Shown one piece after another: positions 11,201 through 21,680 of a DNA stretch of 34,104 bases (positions are counted from its first letter, which is position 1; every line of letters begins with the position of its first letter). Below the pieces are notes generated by a model. The model saw nothing but the letters and a program-made list of their open reading frames with translations. It searched no databases and was not told the origin of the DNA. A program made the translations under genes and the position numbers. Origin of the DNA: Folioceros fuciformis. Lineage: Eukaryota. The DNA lies in contig JBNGIO010006379.1 of assembly GCA_049999805.1 (NCBI GenBank), positions 251,614-285,717 on the forward strand, written 5' to 3'.

Positions 11201-12613
11201 CCGACTTTTCTTGTCATCTTGGACCCCTTCAAGCAGACTTGTGCAAGGGAGCTGCACATGAACAATGGTGCGTCATGCCCTGTTCAATACTAGAAACTGC
11301 AACTGAGCCACGCCGGGGGAATATCTTTGTCTGTCACCTGTGTGCTTTGTCAAGGGTATTCTTGATAACAATCTGTCGTCTTTCTCAGGGCTTCCTGGGC
11401 TCTTGCCATTTATCGGCAGACAATCACAGCAGGAATTGTTCCTACAATCTATGCCCTTGCTCAACTGTTTGGATGTTTACGCACCCCAGAGTCAGAATTC
11501 GGGACTATTGTCGGGGGAGAAAATGGAGGATTGTTCTCTCGAGTGAAAGAGGACACCTTCACCAGCAATACCATGTTGGATGGCTCTAGAATATACGACC
11601 CCCGCGCACTCTCTCTTTTTGAGGTATAAGAGACTGGTGATGCTGGTTTACTTCAGAACCTGCATCTCGACTGGCTTCAGTATGCATCTCTGCTTGTGTA
11701 CTAACTATGTCTCTTTTTGACTGGTTCAGGAAGCTGCAGGTCTAGGGGTTGTCCCACATTTTTCTTTCACGGCGGGGCCATTGGTGGTCCACACAGAGGA
11801 TATGCCTCCATATGTTGCTGAGGCAAGCCTCCTGTCAAATCTTTGTTTTATTGCTCTCCCAGGCCATCTTTTGGTTTTGTGGTGCACTTGAGCTGAAAAG
11901 TGTGATGCTGGGGATGCAAACAGGTCTGCATTCTAACGATTCTGAAGGGTCTGAGGCATCGACTTGCGGCTGGTACGTAATTCTCCGCTTTTGTCGGCTT
12001 GTGACCCATGAAGCGGCGCTATGTCTGATTATCCTTGGCTTCAGGCGCGAAAATCCAGCCTATTATCATCTGTTTGCCAACTGAGAGGAAGGAAACGTTT
12101 ATCGCAAAGAACGACAACAAGAAGATCTTTGTGTTTGGCAGGTTACTTCCCACCGATACTTGTCTCCATTTCCTGGCTCGGTTCCACTGTTGAAATTTTT
12201 GTAGAAGAGCTGCCCACATGCAAGTGTCCTTCCATCACGCTAGAGGTTGCAAGTTATCTCCGTATCTGCTTACCTCCTCAGGTGGTTGGAACAGGACTGG
12301 TCAAGCCGTAATGGCGTTGTTGAGGAGATTGCGGTTGCGATGTGAGAGACGTCGAACCTGGGGAAAAATCCGGCTTAGTTCTGCGGCCATCCAAACCTTT
12401 CTTCAGCCTAGGGCAACATTCAACCCTGGGATCAGCTTCCGGTTGCAAGACGTGGCCTTTTCTTACACAAAGCTGGCCAGGGGCCTTAGAGATCAACGGA
12501 GAGATATCCGGCTCAAGAATACTTACCCCGATGAATCAGATGGCACGCAGGAATCGGATGCATTCAGGAGGTTCAGAGATAGGAAGCCACAGTCAGACTG
12601 GTTAGGAGATTGA
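8300..12613 (+). CDS. MRL1: Plastid P-type PPR protein of the MRL1 (maturation of rbcL 1) family, 17 exons
   Basis: Transit-peptide-like N-terminus, then YNKLLRADR|LQDCLVLLDHMDRAGILDMNK. PPR tract includes HTFGAMIDGCARAGLLAKAFGVYGIMLSKNVKPDIVIFNSLINACGRAGAVDRAFDVLSDMK and VFFSALIDVAG. C-terminal MRL1-C region YDPRALSLFEEAAGLG...ILTILKGLRHRLAAGAK...GRTGQAVMALLRRL. Start could be 8300, 8306 or 8342. One GC-AG intron. Confidence 0.88.
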
Positions 12614-12947
12614 TATTTGCAGCGTGGCATAACATTTATCAATTGTCGGGGAAAGTAAACGTAGGACAGGGTAGGCCTTTCGTTGGAATCATTGATTAAG
12701 GAGGCTCACGAGCGACCTTCTCTCCACTGGGAACTGATAGCCTGGTATGTGTCGTGACACAATGCCGCAGGCTACACGAGGTGTAGAACTATGATTATCC
12801 TTCGGAGGTCCATGACCTGGTGACAAACACCAATTCTTGTTGGAACTCAGGCCCGAGCCGATACTTGCCATCGTTCCGATCTTTTATCAAATGCATGCTA
12901 CCTCGTTACAAGTGGCAGTTTGCCAGAGTTTAGTTGCCTTCGCTATC

Positions 12948-13010
12948 TGAAAAATGTCATTCAAAAGAATGACATTTTTCAAATGTCTTACCTTAACTTG
13001 AGTTAAGGTA
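12948..13010. repeat. Two adjacent perfect inverted repeats (hairpins)
   Basis: TGAAAAATGTCATTC-AAAA-GAATGACATTTTTCA (15-bp arms, 12948-12981) and TACCTTAACT-TG-AGTTAAGGTA (10-bp arms, 12989-13010). Confidence 0.85.
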
Positions 13011-13338
13011 TGAGTTATGTTACTCGTTTTCCTTGCTTTCATGTTCTTTGAATTGTGTTTGTGAGATACATACATTGGTCTCTTCTACTTATGCGGTGGC
13101 TCGTTTTGATACTAACAACACTTTGTTATGTTTGAGAACGTTGTGTGTGATGAATTATGTCCTTCAAAAGCCAACAAGAAGTTTGTTAGGTTAGAGCCTC
13201 GTAGAGCGAGGCTATGGCATAGAGCTTGGAAGACTCCAATCCTGAAATAGCTCTAATCCATGCTCCATATCTGACTGCAGTTACCTCACATCAATGTACA
13301 CCTAAAGTAAGGGTATAATCCTACGGGCGCGATCTTGC

Positions 13339-14240
13339 ATTTTTATATTTTTAATCATAATAACTTAGAAGTAATATGTCACAATTCACTGTAATCTGGT
13401 CATATGCCCGAATTGCTGTTACTAGGTAACACGACTCAATTCAATGTATGCCAACTACGTATTTTTTACCTTAGTAATATGATTTTTATTTGAAGAATAT
13501 TTTTTTATTATATTTATAATATATTATTTCCTATATTTTATTTTCTTTTCATACTTTTACCTTTTGAAAAATAATATATAATCAAGATTTATTATGTACA
13601 AAGTAAAAAACAAATCTCTAGATTTTTTTTCTCTTTTGAAAATTTTATCACATTGTACTCCCATAAAGGGAGGTGAGTACCCTTTCTTATTAGATAAGGC
13701 CACACATATTCTAGATATGTTCCTTTCTTCAAAGCGTCATTGGTTTGGTTTGATCTGACAATATTTTGCCACTTTATGGAACAATATGCATAAGGTATGT
13801 CCTTCAAACTAGGCACGTCAACAACCGGCCCATTGACCAATGTATTCTTTGACCACCTCTTGGCTTGCTAGCACTATATTCTTATATGTCTTTCTTCTTT
13901 CCTTATCTATTTTAAGATATTATAATATATTAAAATATTAAAAATAATTATATTATTATATTATAACTATTGTAATATTGAACGTAAAATCCTAAGTTTA
14001 TTATATTATTTTATTTTATTTTTAATACATTGATGGTAGTTTCCTCTACGGGAGCACTTTGAAGAATCACTCAGTTTGTCCATAGTGTGTTACTGAACGA
14101 CATTCCATATTCTTCGAGAGTATTGAAGAGCTCTGACTTTTGCAAGAATTCTCGAAGTGCAGAATTGATTTTATTTTCTGTCTATATATACACATTTTAA
14201 ATTGTTTTCTCAATTTTATTAATATGATAGTTTTCTAACT
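13339..14240. other. AT-rich low-complexity island, possibly a TE remnant
   Basis: Near-pure A/T tracts at about 13460-13650 and 13900-14030 in an otherwise roughly 50% GC window; no credible ORF. Confidence 0.5.
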
Positions 14241-14600
14241 ACCATAGATACGATTGCGTAGGGGGACCTGCATTTCACTTTGGAGTTCAATGCATCCGAC
14301 CCTGCCATCTTCCCATGCCCCATACCTACCCGTGATGTCCCCTAATTTACTAGGTACTTTCGTCAGAACCGGTTATAAGTCTCGTCAGACCGTTCAGTCA
14401 TCGGTGGTCTCGTCCCAACTTTCTTCCTCCTCTGGATCAGTTCAGTAGGTCTCCCATCAGTGGGTCTCTTCGATGATACCCGAAGAAGAACTTCGATAAT
14501 CTCCAGAGAGGAACTTCGGCTGTCTCCTGAGAAGAATACTGTGAGATTCCGGAACACTTCTAACAAAGCTGATTCCAGTTCTCAGATTCTTGGACAATTT

Positions 14601-16165
14601 TCACAAATCTGATCCCAGTTTTCTAACAACCCACTGCAAGTGAGCTCGCAACTGCCTGGCTGCAGGGTAAGTCAAGTCACGGGGCACGCCCACCCTGTCT
14701 CTAAAGTAAGCAGCCGCGACAGCAACTTGTTGTGGTAGACCCGTGGGATACTTGCCTGCATTGTCGACTCCCACCAGCAAGGCATATGCGGCATAACGAA
14801 AAGCCAAGTCCACATCGTCCCGGAACCTTTCTCCATCCTGCACACCCCGGAGGGCGAATCCTACTACAGCATGGTGGTTTCCTGCTAGAGCTAGAGCAGC
14901 TTCTTCCTTGGCCCCTCCCCCACCAGTGCCATCGTCCTTGCCCCAGGCAGTCTCTTCTGGTTTGAGAGGTAAATCCCAGTGACCACCTTTTCCATCAATC
15001 TTTTCTCGGTAAGCAGCTCCTTTAGGCTTAGAGCTGACACGACCAATTTGAGGCTCCAGCGTGTGAGTGATGGTGAAGTCATCCGACTTGATGGCACGAT
15101 AAATTGACCTACTGTCCATAGTATCGTACCACTCATTCAGTGCTGGCCACCTCGATGACCCACGTATGGTGATCCCTGCCCAATACGGAACCGAAGCAGC
15201 TATCCTCTCAAGGAAAGGTGCGTACACAGCATCCACCAATGAGAACTGCACGTGAGACCAAATACACCTGTGAGTCAAAGACCAGTGTGAACCACAAGCA
15301 CAAAGCTCCAAGTTCAATGTACACATACAGCACAGGGGACGTCGAGAAACATGGGCAATACCTTGCTTCCCAGGAAATAAGGGCCCCCGAATGCCCGCAA
15401 TGCAGCATCCACCTTATCAAGAGAACTAGAGAAATCAGAGGATGTATCCCAGAAGCTCTTGATGCAAGACAGCCAATTCCCCATGAGGACCCTCTCCAGC
15501 CTAAGGAGCCCCGGCAGTGCATCGTTCTCCGGAGTGCCTTTGGTTGGCAGCAGAGGATTCCGATCTGGGAACCTATTCTCCAGCAGCAGCATAATGTCCA
15601 GGGACTCCGTGACAACCTTGCCGTCCAGCTTCACGACCGGGAGCAGGCCGGAGGGCACCATCTTCATGAACCAGTCGGGCTTGGGCCCGTAGCAACGCAT
15701 ATTGATCTTCTCCACGGCATAGGAAACCTGCTTCTCCTCCAGCTGCAGCCACACTCGCTCGCAGTAAGGGCACCAGGCGGAGTTGTCCCTGTACAGAAGC
15801 AGCGCGGGGGCCGTGTCGGAGCCGAAGAGCCGCTCTGTTGCATGGGCCAGCCTCACACCCCCGTTCGTGCCATTGGACTTAAACCCTTGCAGCCTCTCCT
15901 GCAGAGTCTCCCAGCTAGGAAGCGCTGCCGGAGCTTCCACAGCCGCCATGGTCGCTCCTGAGGCCCCGCCCGAAGCTCCCCCACCCGGCCCCCGTCTCCT
16001 GCCAGTCCAAACCGTGGAGGAGGAGGGGTGCGACAGACGGTAGCCTAGATGAAGCAGCTGGTTCCTGTTCCTCGCATTGCGGCCCGTATCGTAAACGCAG
16101 GCCCGTGTCGGCCGAGGGTTGCACACCAAATCAGAGAAGCAGGGCCCGGTCGTAACAGCCAGCAT
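14601..16165 (-). CDS. GSTI: Cysteinyl glutathione transferase, iota class (CPYC), with putative transit peptide; 2 exons (intron 15246-15361)
   Basis: LYRDNSAWCPYCERVWLQLEEKQ...KINMRCYGPKPDWFMKMVPSGLLPV...TESLDI; GST C-domain GPYFLGSK|FSLVDAVYAPFLERIAAS; C-terminal RDRVGVPRDLTYPAARQLRAHL typical of cyanobacterial/algal/bryophyte iota-type GSTs. Confidence 0.85.
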
Positions 16166-17095
16166 TCTGTTCACGGTGGTGTGCACGGCAGTCAGTCGCA
16201 CAAGCTGGATCCCCCATAGCTGGAGCTGCGTCCATTGTTCATCATGTGATTGCCGTTTACACGGTTAGTGACAGGTAATGTTGTTAGCTACATAATATGT
16301 ATATATGTACAGTAGAGTAATATGAACATCAGATAAGGTTCTTGACCTGGCCGCCGGACTCTCAGCAAAGAGCCGGCCCCGCTGAAAGTTCCGTCTCGAG
16401 ATCCCGGTGCCTTGACGACTTCTAGATGACTCCAGAAGGCAGGATGGTGACGACACGATGAGACTCTAATGCGAGCCACGCTACCGCCGCGCGCAACTTG
16501 GGCGCTCGGCGTTTCCCACGGCGGTTTACCCGGTGTGGTCCACGAATGGGCGGATATTTACAAGCCCCTTCCTTGCTCAGCCGAGGTGAGAGTGGATAGC
16601 CTTTGTCAACGAGGGGCCAGGGGGAAGAGGGGTACCGTGGGAACGACGGAGACAGCAGGGACTAGGGGGGAAGCACAAGCACTTGAGAGCGGAACTCCTT
16701 GCGGAAGCTTTTATTCATTTGAGTGAAAAGAATCAATGAATAGATCACCACTACACCATGAGAATCGTCATATATGTACATCAGGACTTCCCCTTGAGAT
16801 ACATACTCTAACGAAAAGAATGCCGTCTTTAGACTCAACTGCTAAGGCCTCTTGCTTCCATGGCGAGGGTGGCAAGCTCGCGTCGCACTTCAGATGTTTC
16901 GTCTAACCACCAACGTCACAAACCCACCGCCATGAAGCCCGACCATGGACTTCGCTTCCCTGGATTAAAAAAAACTTTGGCCATGTGCAAGAGCTCCTGA
17001 TCCGACTCTCGGCTTCTTTTTACCAAAACCCATCCTCTCAAATCCAAGAACCATGCGAAGAATTGACCTCCACCTTCATCAGCCTGGAGCTTAGC

Positions 17096-19393
17096 TTAGA
17101 CACTCACCAAGTTGGAGAACCGAGAGGTGATGTCGTGAAGATTGTTCTGCTGAGCAGTGAACACCGGGTCCCGTTGGTTGGCATGGTTCACACTTGTCAC
17201 GGGAGACTGTGAGGCCACCTGAGGAGGACCTGAAGGTTCCACTCGCACGTTGTGATGTCCAGCATCCCGTATATGGCCCTGGACAGCAGCACTAGTCACA
17301 GCACTAGGCTCCCACCGGTGGAGAATCTTCAGCAAAGAGCTTGCCTTTCTCTTGGCCCTCAAGGTGCCGTTGGTAAGTAACGTGTATAGTGAGGGGATGG
17401 CAGTGTTCATCTTGAAAACCCTCTGGATGATGTCATCTCCTCCGTTCCGACACAAGGCCAACAGCACAGCAATGGAGTTCTCCTTTCCCTTGGCCGATCC
17501 GAATCTCAACAAGTTCACAAGCACTGGAATAGCTGCTGTCTGGGCAATGGCGTTGAGACCTTCATGACCCACGGCCAGGATGGCCAGCACTGCGAGCACA
17601 TCGTCAGTAAGACCCGCTGTCTCATCAGTGAGGAGGTCCACCAGAAGGGGGATGCCCCCAGCAGCAACAACCTTGAGCTTGTTGTCAGGGTAGAAAGAAA
17701 GGTTGAAGAGAGCTGTAGCAGCATCTTTCTTCCCTCTGGTTGTACCCTCCCTAAGCAGATCGACCAACGCCGGTATAGCTGAAGGCCTATTACCAATAGT
17801 TATCTTATACTCATGAACGACTGACAAGCTGAAGAGGGTGGCTGCAGCATTTTCCCTGGACTCCATAGTGATGCCATCCTTGAGCACATCCAAGATGGGA
17901 TCCAGAGCCCCAGCAACCATGATCAGCTTCTTGTTATTCTCATATATGGATAGATTAAGAAGGGCCGTAACGGCATTCTCCTGAGTCTTGGAGTCTCTGG
18001 AGGCAAGCAGAGGAACCAGAAACGGTATGGCCCCCGCTTCCGCAATACACATGCGATTGTCCATCCCGCACTTAGCCAGCAGCCTCAACTCGTAAGCTAC
18101 CTGTTTCTGCACCTCAGGAGAACCCGTTGCCAGCTTCCCGACCAGAAACGCAGCAGTCATCTTGGTAGCCTCCAGAGCCGCCTTGGTAATCTCAATATGA
18201 TCAACGCCCGCATGCCTGTTGTCTTTGTCGAAGTTGTCAAAAGGAACACGATTATCCTCGCACCACTGGCTGATGAGACTCCGCAGGGCATAATTGGGAA
18301 TCAAAGACACATGAATGAGCTTCTGTCCAGTCTTTGGGCATGTAGAGTTGCCAGCATCGAGCCACCGAACGATGGAAGCCCGGTCGTAAGTCTGACCCGT
18401 GGCAACTATTACGGGGTCTCTCATAAGATCCAGACTGATGGGACAGCGGTACTCGTCAGGGGGGTTGACGAGCGTATCCTGGCCGCTGGTGGACACCTCT
18501 GAGCTAGAGTTGGCTCTGGACAGATCCCGCGGACTGTCCGGCTCGATCTCCGCAACGCCGTACAACACACACTTGCCAAATCTCACAAAGCTAATCAAAC
18601 TGTTGATGAAGGCAGCGACGTCCTTGCTGCTGCTAAGCTGGTTGGACATCTCCTCCTCCAGCAGCTGCATCTCTCTCTGACAGTCCCTAGTGTTGCACAG
18701 GCGCAGGCGCTGAAACAGGGAGCCAAGGCGTACGGTTTCCGGCGCCTCCTTCCTCTCTACTTGCTTGAGCAGCTCGAGCACCTCGCTCCGCAGCTGGCCC
18801 TCCTGCGGATCCAGAAAGATCTTGGCCCGCTTCACCTGCGCCCGCACCAACTCTATTTGCTCCTTCACCTCGTCCGACAGATCGAGCAACTCCAGCGGCA
18901 CATTTTCCAACGCACCGGCGATCTGCTGCGTGTGATCGTAAAAGTCCTTAGCTACCGCTTCATTCTCGATGAGCAAGAACATGCAACTCCCTCCCCTGCA
19001 ATCATCAAGCAACAGCTTGACCCGCTGGAGAATGACATGCAACTCTCGGAAGGCCAGAACCGCAGACGGGGGCAGAGGAGGGCGGTTATCCTTGAGCTCC
19101 TCAAACAAAGGCGAGAGCAACTTGATCCGCCGCGTGATATTGGCCGCGTTCCTCCGCTGCACAACCCGCGGCTTCTCGCAAGCCGCCACATCCTGTAGCA
19201 GACCGATGAGTAGCCGCACAAGCGAAATCGCCGAGGGAGTGGACGGAGAGCCCGCCGACACAAACACCGGCCACCTCCGCCGCATGAGCGATGGCGGAGA
19301 AGGCCGGGCTCCTAACTCCGTATACTTCCTCCTATGCTCTGCTGGAGTATCCTTTGCACTTCCCCCCGGCGTAGCGTCGGAAGGGAATGCCAT
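17096..19393 (-). CDS. PUB: Intronless UND/U-box/ARM-repeat E3 ubiquitin ligase (MtPUB1 / PUB16-17 clade), 765 aa
   Basis: U-box PPDEYRCPISLDLMRDPVIVATGQTYDRASIVRWLDAGNSTCPKTGQKL...LIPNYALRSLISQWC; ARM repeats from AYELRLLAKCGMDNRMCIAEAGAIPFLV onward; N-terminal UND region. First in-frame ATG at 19393. Confidence 0.93.
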   Translation of the reverse strand: MAFPSDATPGGSAKDTPAEHRRKYTELGARPSPPSLMRRRWPVFVSAGSPSTPSAISLVRLLIGLLQDVAACEKPRVVQRRNAANITRRIKLLSPLFEELKDNRPPLPPSAVLAFRELHVILQRVKLLLDDCRGGSCMFLLIENEAVAKDFYDHTQQIAGALENVPLELLDLSDEVKEQIELVRAQVKRAKIFLDPQEGQLRSEVLELLKQVERKEAPETVRLGSLFQRLRLCNTRDCQREMQLLEEEMSNQLSSSKDVAAFINSLISFVRFGKCVLYGVAEIEPDSPRDLSRANSSSEVSTSGQDTLVNPPDEYRCPISLDLMRDPVIVATGQTYDRASIVRWLDAGNSTCPKTGQKLIHVSLIPNYALRSLISQWCEDNRVPFDNFDKDNRHAGVDHIEITKAALEATKMTAAFLVGKLATGSPEVQKQVAYELRLLAKCGMDNRMCIAEAGAIPFLVPLLASRDSKTQENAVTALLNLSIYENNKKLIMVAGALDPILDVLKDGITMESRENAAATLFSLSVVHEYKITIGNRPSAIPALVDLLREGTTRGKKDAATALFNLSFYPDNKLKVVAAGGIPLLVDLLTDETAGLTDDVLAVLAILAVGHEGLNAIAQTAAIPVLVNLLRFGSAKGKENSIAVLLALCRNGGDDIIQRVFKMNTAIPSLYTLLTNGTLRAKRKASSLLKILHRWEPSAVTSAAVQGHIRDAGHHNVRVEPSGPPQVASQSPVTSVNHANQRDPVFTAQQNNLHDITSRFSNLVSV

Positions 19394-20081
19394 ACCCGCA
19401 CACCAACACCGACGGCACACCACTCCACACCGCTTCACTCAAGCTTTTTCAAGTTCACCAATACTCAGTATCGAGCAGCAGGAGCAGCAGGAGCAGCAGA
19501 AGCAACTCCGGCAGATCAGCAGTCCTCCTTCACACGAACAGCAAGCGCGATCCCTTCCGCATCGTCACCTCACCCTCACCCTCACCAGCAGCTCATACCC
19601 TACCAACATGTAACCTTCCCCTGAGCACCAGGACCCCACCGCGTTCCCCGGTGCAAGCGAAACCGACAGGCTGCACGCCCCTTCGCTCGGACTACAAAAG
19701 ATGCAGGAGTGCGATCGCGATATGGTGTCTCCAGGAGGCTTCACACGGAAGAAAACGAAACACCAGAGCCACCGCCACCGCCACCGACACGGCGAACACA
19801 AGGGCACCCTGAGACCTCTGCCCTTCTTCCGCCGACTTGCGTTGACAAAAGGAAGGAGGAAGAACTGGGGCAAACACCTGTTCGACTCTACTCGACACCG
19901 ACAATGGGCCTACTCTTGGCGTCCGCGCTTCTGCGTGTGCTTCGCTTCACTACTGGTCGCGCTCATTCGCTCACTCGCTCACGCTCTTCTACAAGTCACG
20001 CATACACAGCTCATCAGCTATGGCAAGCGCTTCAACCCTGCGGCAAGACGCAGGAGCCTTCCTTAAAGCCACAATACGGGG

Positions 20082-20260
20082 CTCTCTCTCCCTCTCTCCC
20101 TCTCTTCCCCTCTCTCTCTCTCTCTGGAAACAGCTCTCTCGCACATACGCAGTCTCTCTCTCGCTCTTACCCGAGTGCGAGAAGAGAAGCAGCTCTCTCC
20201 CCTCTCTCCATCACTGTTCACTCTTACCCGCCTGCTCGCTCGCTCGCTCGCTCGCTCGCT
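20082..20260. repeat. (CT)n-rich and (CTCG)n microsatellite tracts upstream of PUB
   Basis: CT runs at 20082-20210 and about six CTCG units at 20235-20259; GAGA-type on the PUB sense strand. Confidence 0.8.
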
Positions 20261-21680
20261 TGCCTTGAACAGACTGGGCAAAGTGCGGGCCAGCATCGCA
20301 GCTTCCGGGAAGGCGGCAGTCGAAAGGCGGGACCCAAGCCGGGCCATTATCTGCTGCCAGCCCCGCTACCCGTCGCCCGCTCATATGTGATACGCGGACA
20401 CACAAGCCGGTTGCGGCCCGGCATCCGGGGTACGCAGACGCGTGTACGCGTGAGTGGCCAGAACCATAACCTGGAAACGGGAACCGGAACCGTCGCCCGG
20501 AAACAGCATAACAAAATCCACGGCAACCGTGGATGGCTCATGGCAGGCCCAGAAATATCACCCAACTCGGGCTGGCTGGACTCGGAGATCCACAGCCAGG
20601 GGTGCAGTTCCACAAGCTCACCTCGTTCGCAATTCAAAACATGAGGCCAAGTCAAAGGGGCCTCCGAGGCGCCCCATCCCGAGCCCGAGCCCCAGAGAGT
20701 ACTTGTATCGAGATGCAGCAGATGATGCGAGCTCAAATGTATGCATTTGTATATTCCTCCACCCCAAGCTCAAAGCTGGCAGCTGGGAGGGCAAGCGTGA
20801 TTTCCCAAACATGCACAGCGTTTCTTAGCACTCGATTCTCCTGTGTTCGTGTTGGATTGGGAGGAAGGAAGGCGGGAGGGGGGAGTCGGAGCCGGGAATC
20901 GCTAACCGCTGAAAGCCGACGTTGACTCCCAGTGCCCTGGCTCTGGCTCTGGCCTCTGGCCGGCGGGGCCCGGGCCGGCCCGTCCCGACCCGGCCCTCCC
21001 CTCCCCTCCCCTCCCATGCTTGAATGGGAGCGGAGCTAATCCTGGAGCTTAGCTTAGCGCGCGTGTTAAAAAAGCGACTGGGCTGGTGGAAAGTCCCGGA
21101 TAAAAGGCCACAGGCAAGAGTTTTTATGAAGGGATCGTGGCGTGGGAGACGGGTGTCAGATAGACAGCGGAGCCGGCTGGAAGGCTGCCGCCATCTCCTC
21201 CACTCAAGTCACAAAATACAGTATAGTCTGGAGGGTACATGGCGTAACTGGTGTATGTTTGCCCAGTGCCCAGCAGTCAGCAGTCAGTGAGTCAGAAAGT
21301 GGCCGGCAGTCAGGAGTGTAGACTAGTCCAGTACTGGTTAGTGGTGGGGAGCTCTGGTCATGGGATTGGCGCAATCTGTGCCCACACTTGTGACTTTTCC
21401 ACACAGTCACACCCTGGACAGGCCGTCGGGATCGGGATCCAAATCCACACCCAAGTCCAAACCAATAGCCGGCAACAACGCCACCTCCGTCGGCGCATGC
21501 CAACTCACTGCGAACAAGCTACCAGTAAGTAAAACTGTATCCCTTTCAGTGAAAATGTGTTCGTGCTCCATGTGTAGAGCATTCCCACAAGGACTTGTTG
21601 CTATGAATCGTGAACATCGGTTTGATCACGGAGAACGCGTACTCTTATGTGATACCAGAACGAAAGTCATGAGAAGTACG

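Noticed and set aside
13147-13275. C/D box snoRNA call
   Set aside because: Box C and CTGA motifs are present, but there is no terminal stem or recognisable rRNA-antisense guide; kept only as one option within the hairpin finding.
15218-19613. Long antisense ORFs over GST and PUB (e.g. 15218-15961, 18969-19613)
   Set aside because: Shadow ORFs expected opposite GC3-rich coding sequence.
19900-20300. Conserved miRNA precursor (miR156/529/535-like GA-rich sequence)
   Set aside because: No match to mature sequences I know; apparent pairing comes from GA/CT microsatellites.
19709-20644. 311-aa plus-strand ORF and overlapping ORFs
   Set aside because: Non-ATG start, runs through CT/CTCG microsatellites, low-complexity translation; explained by GC-rich stop-poor sequence.
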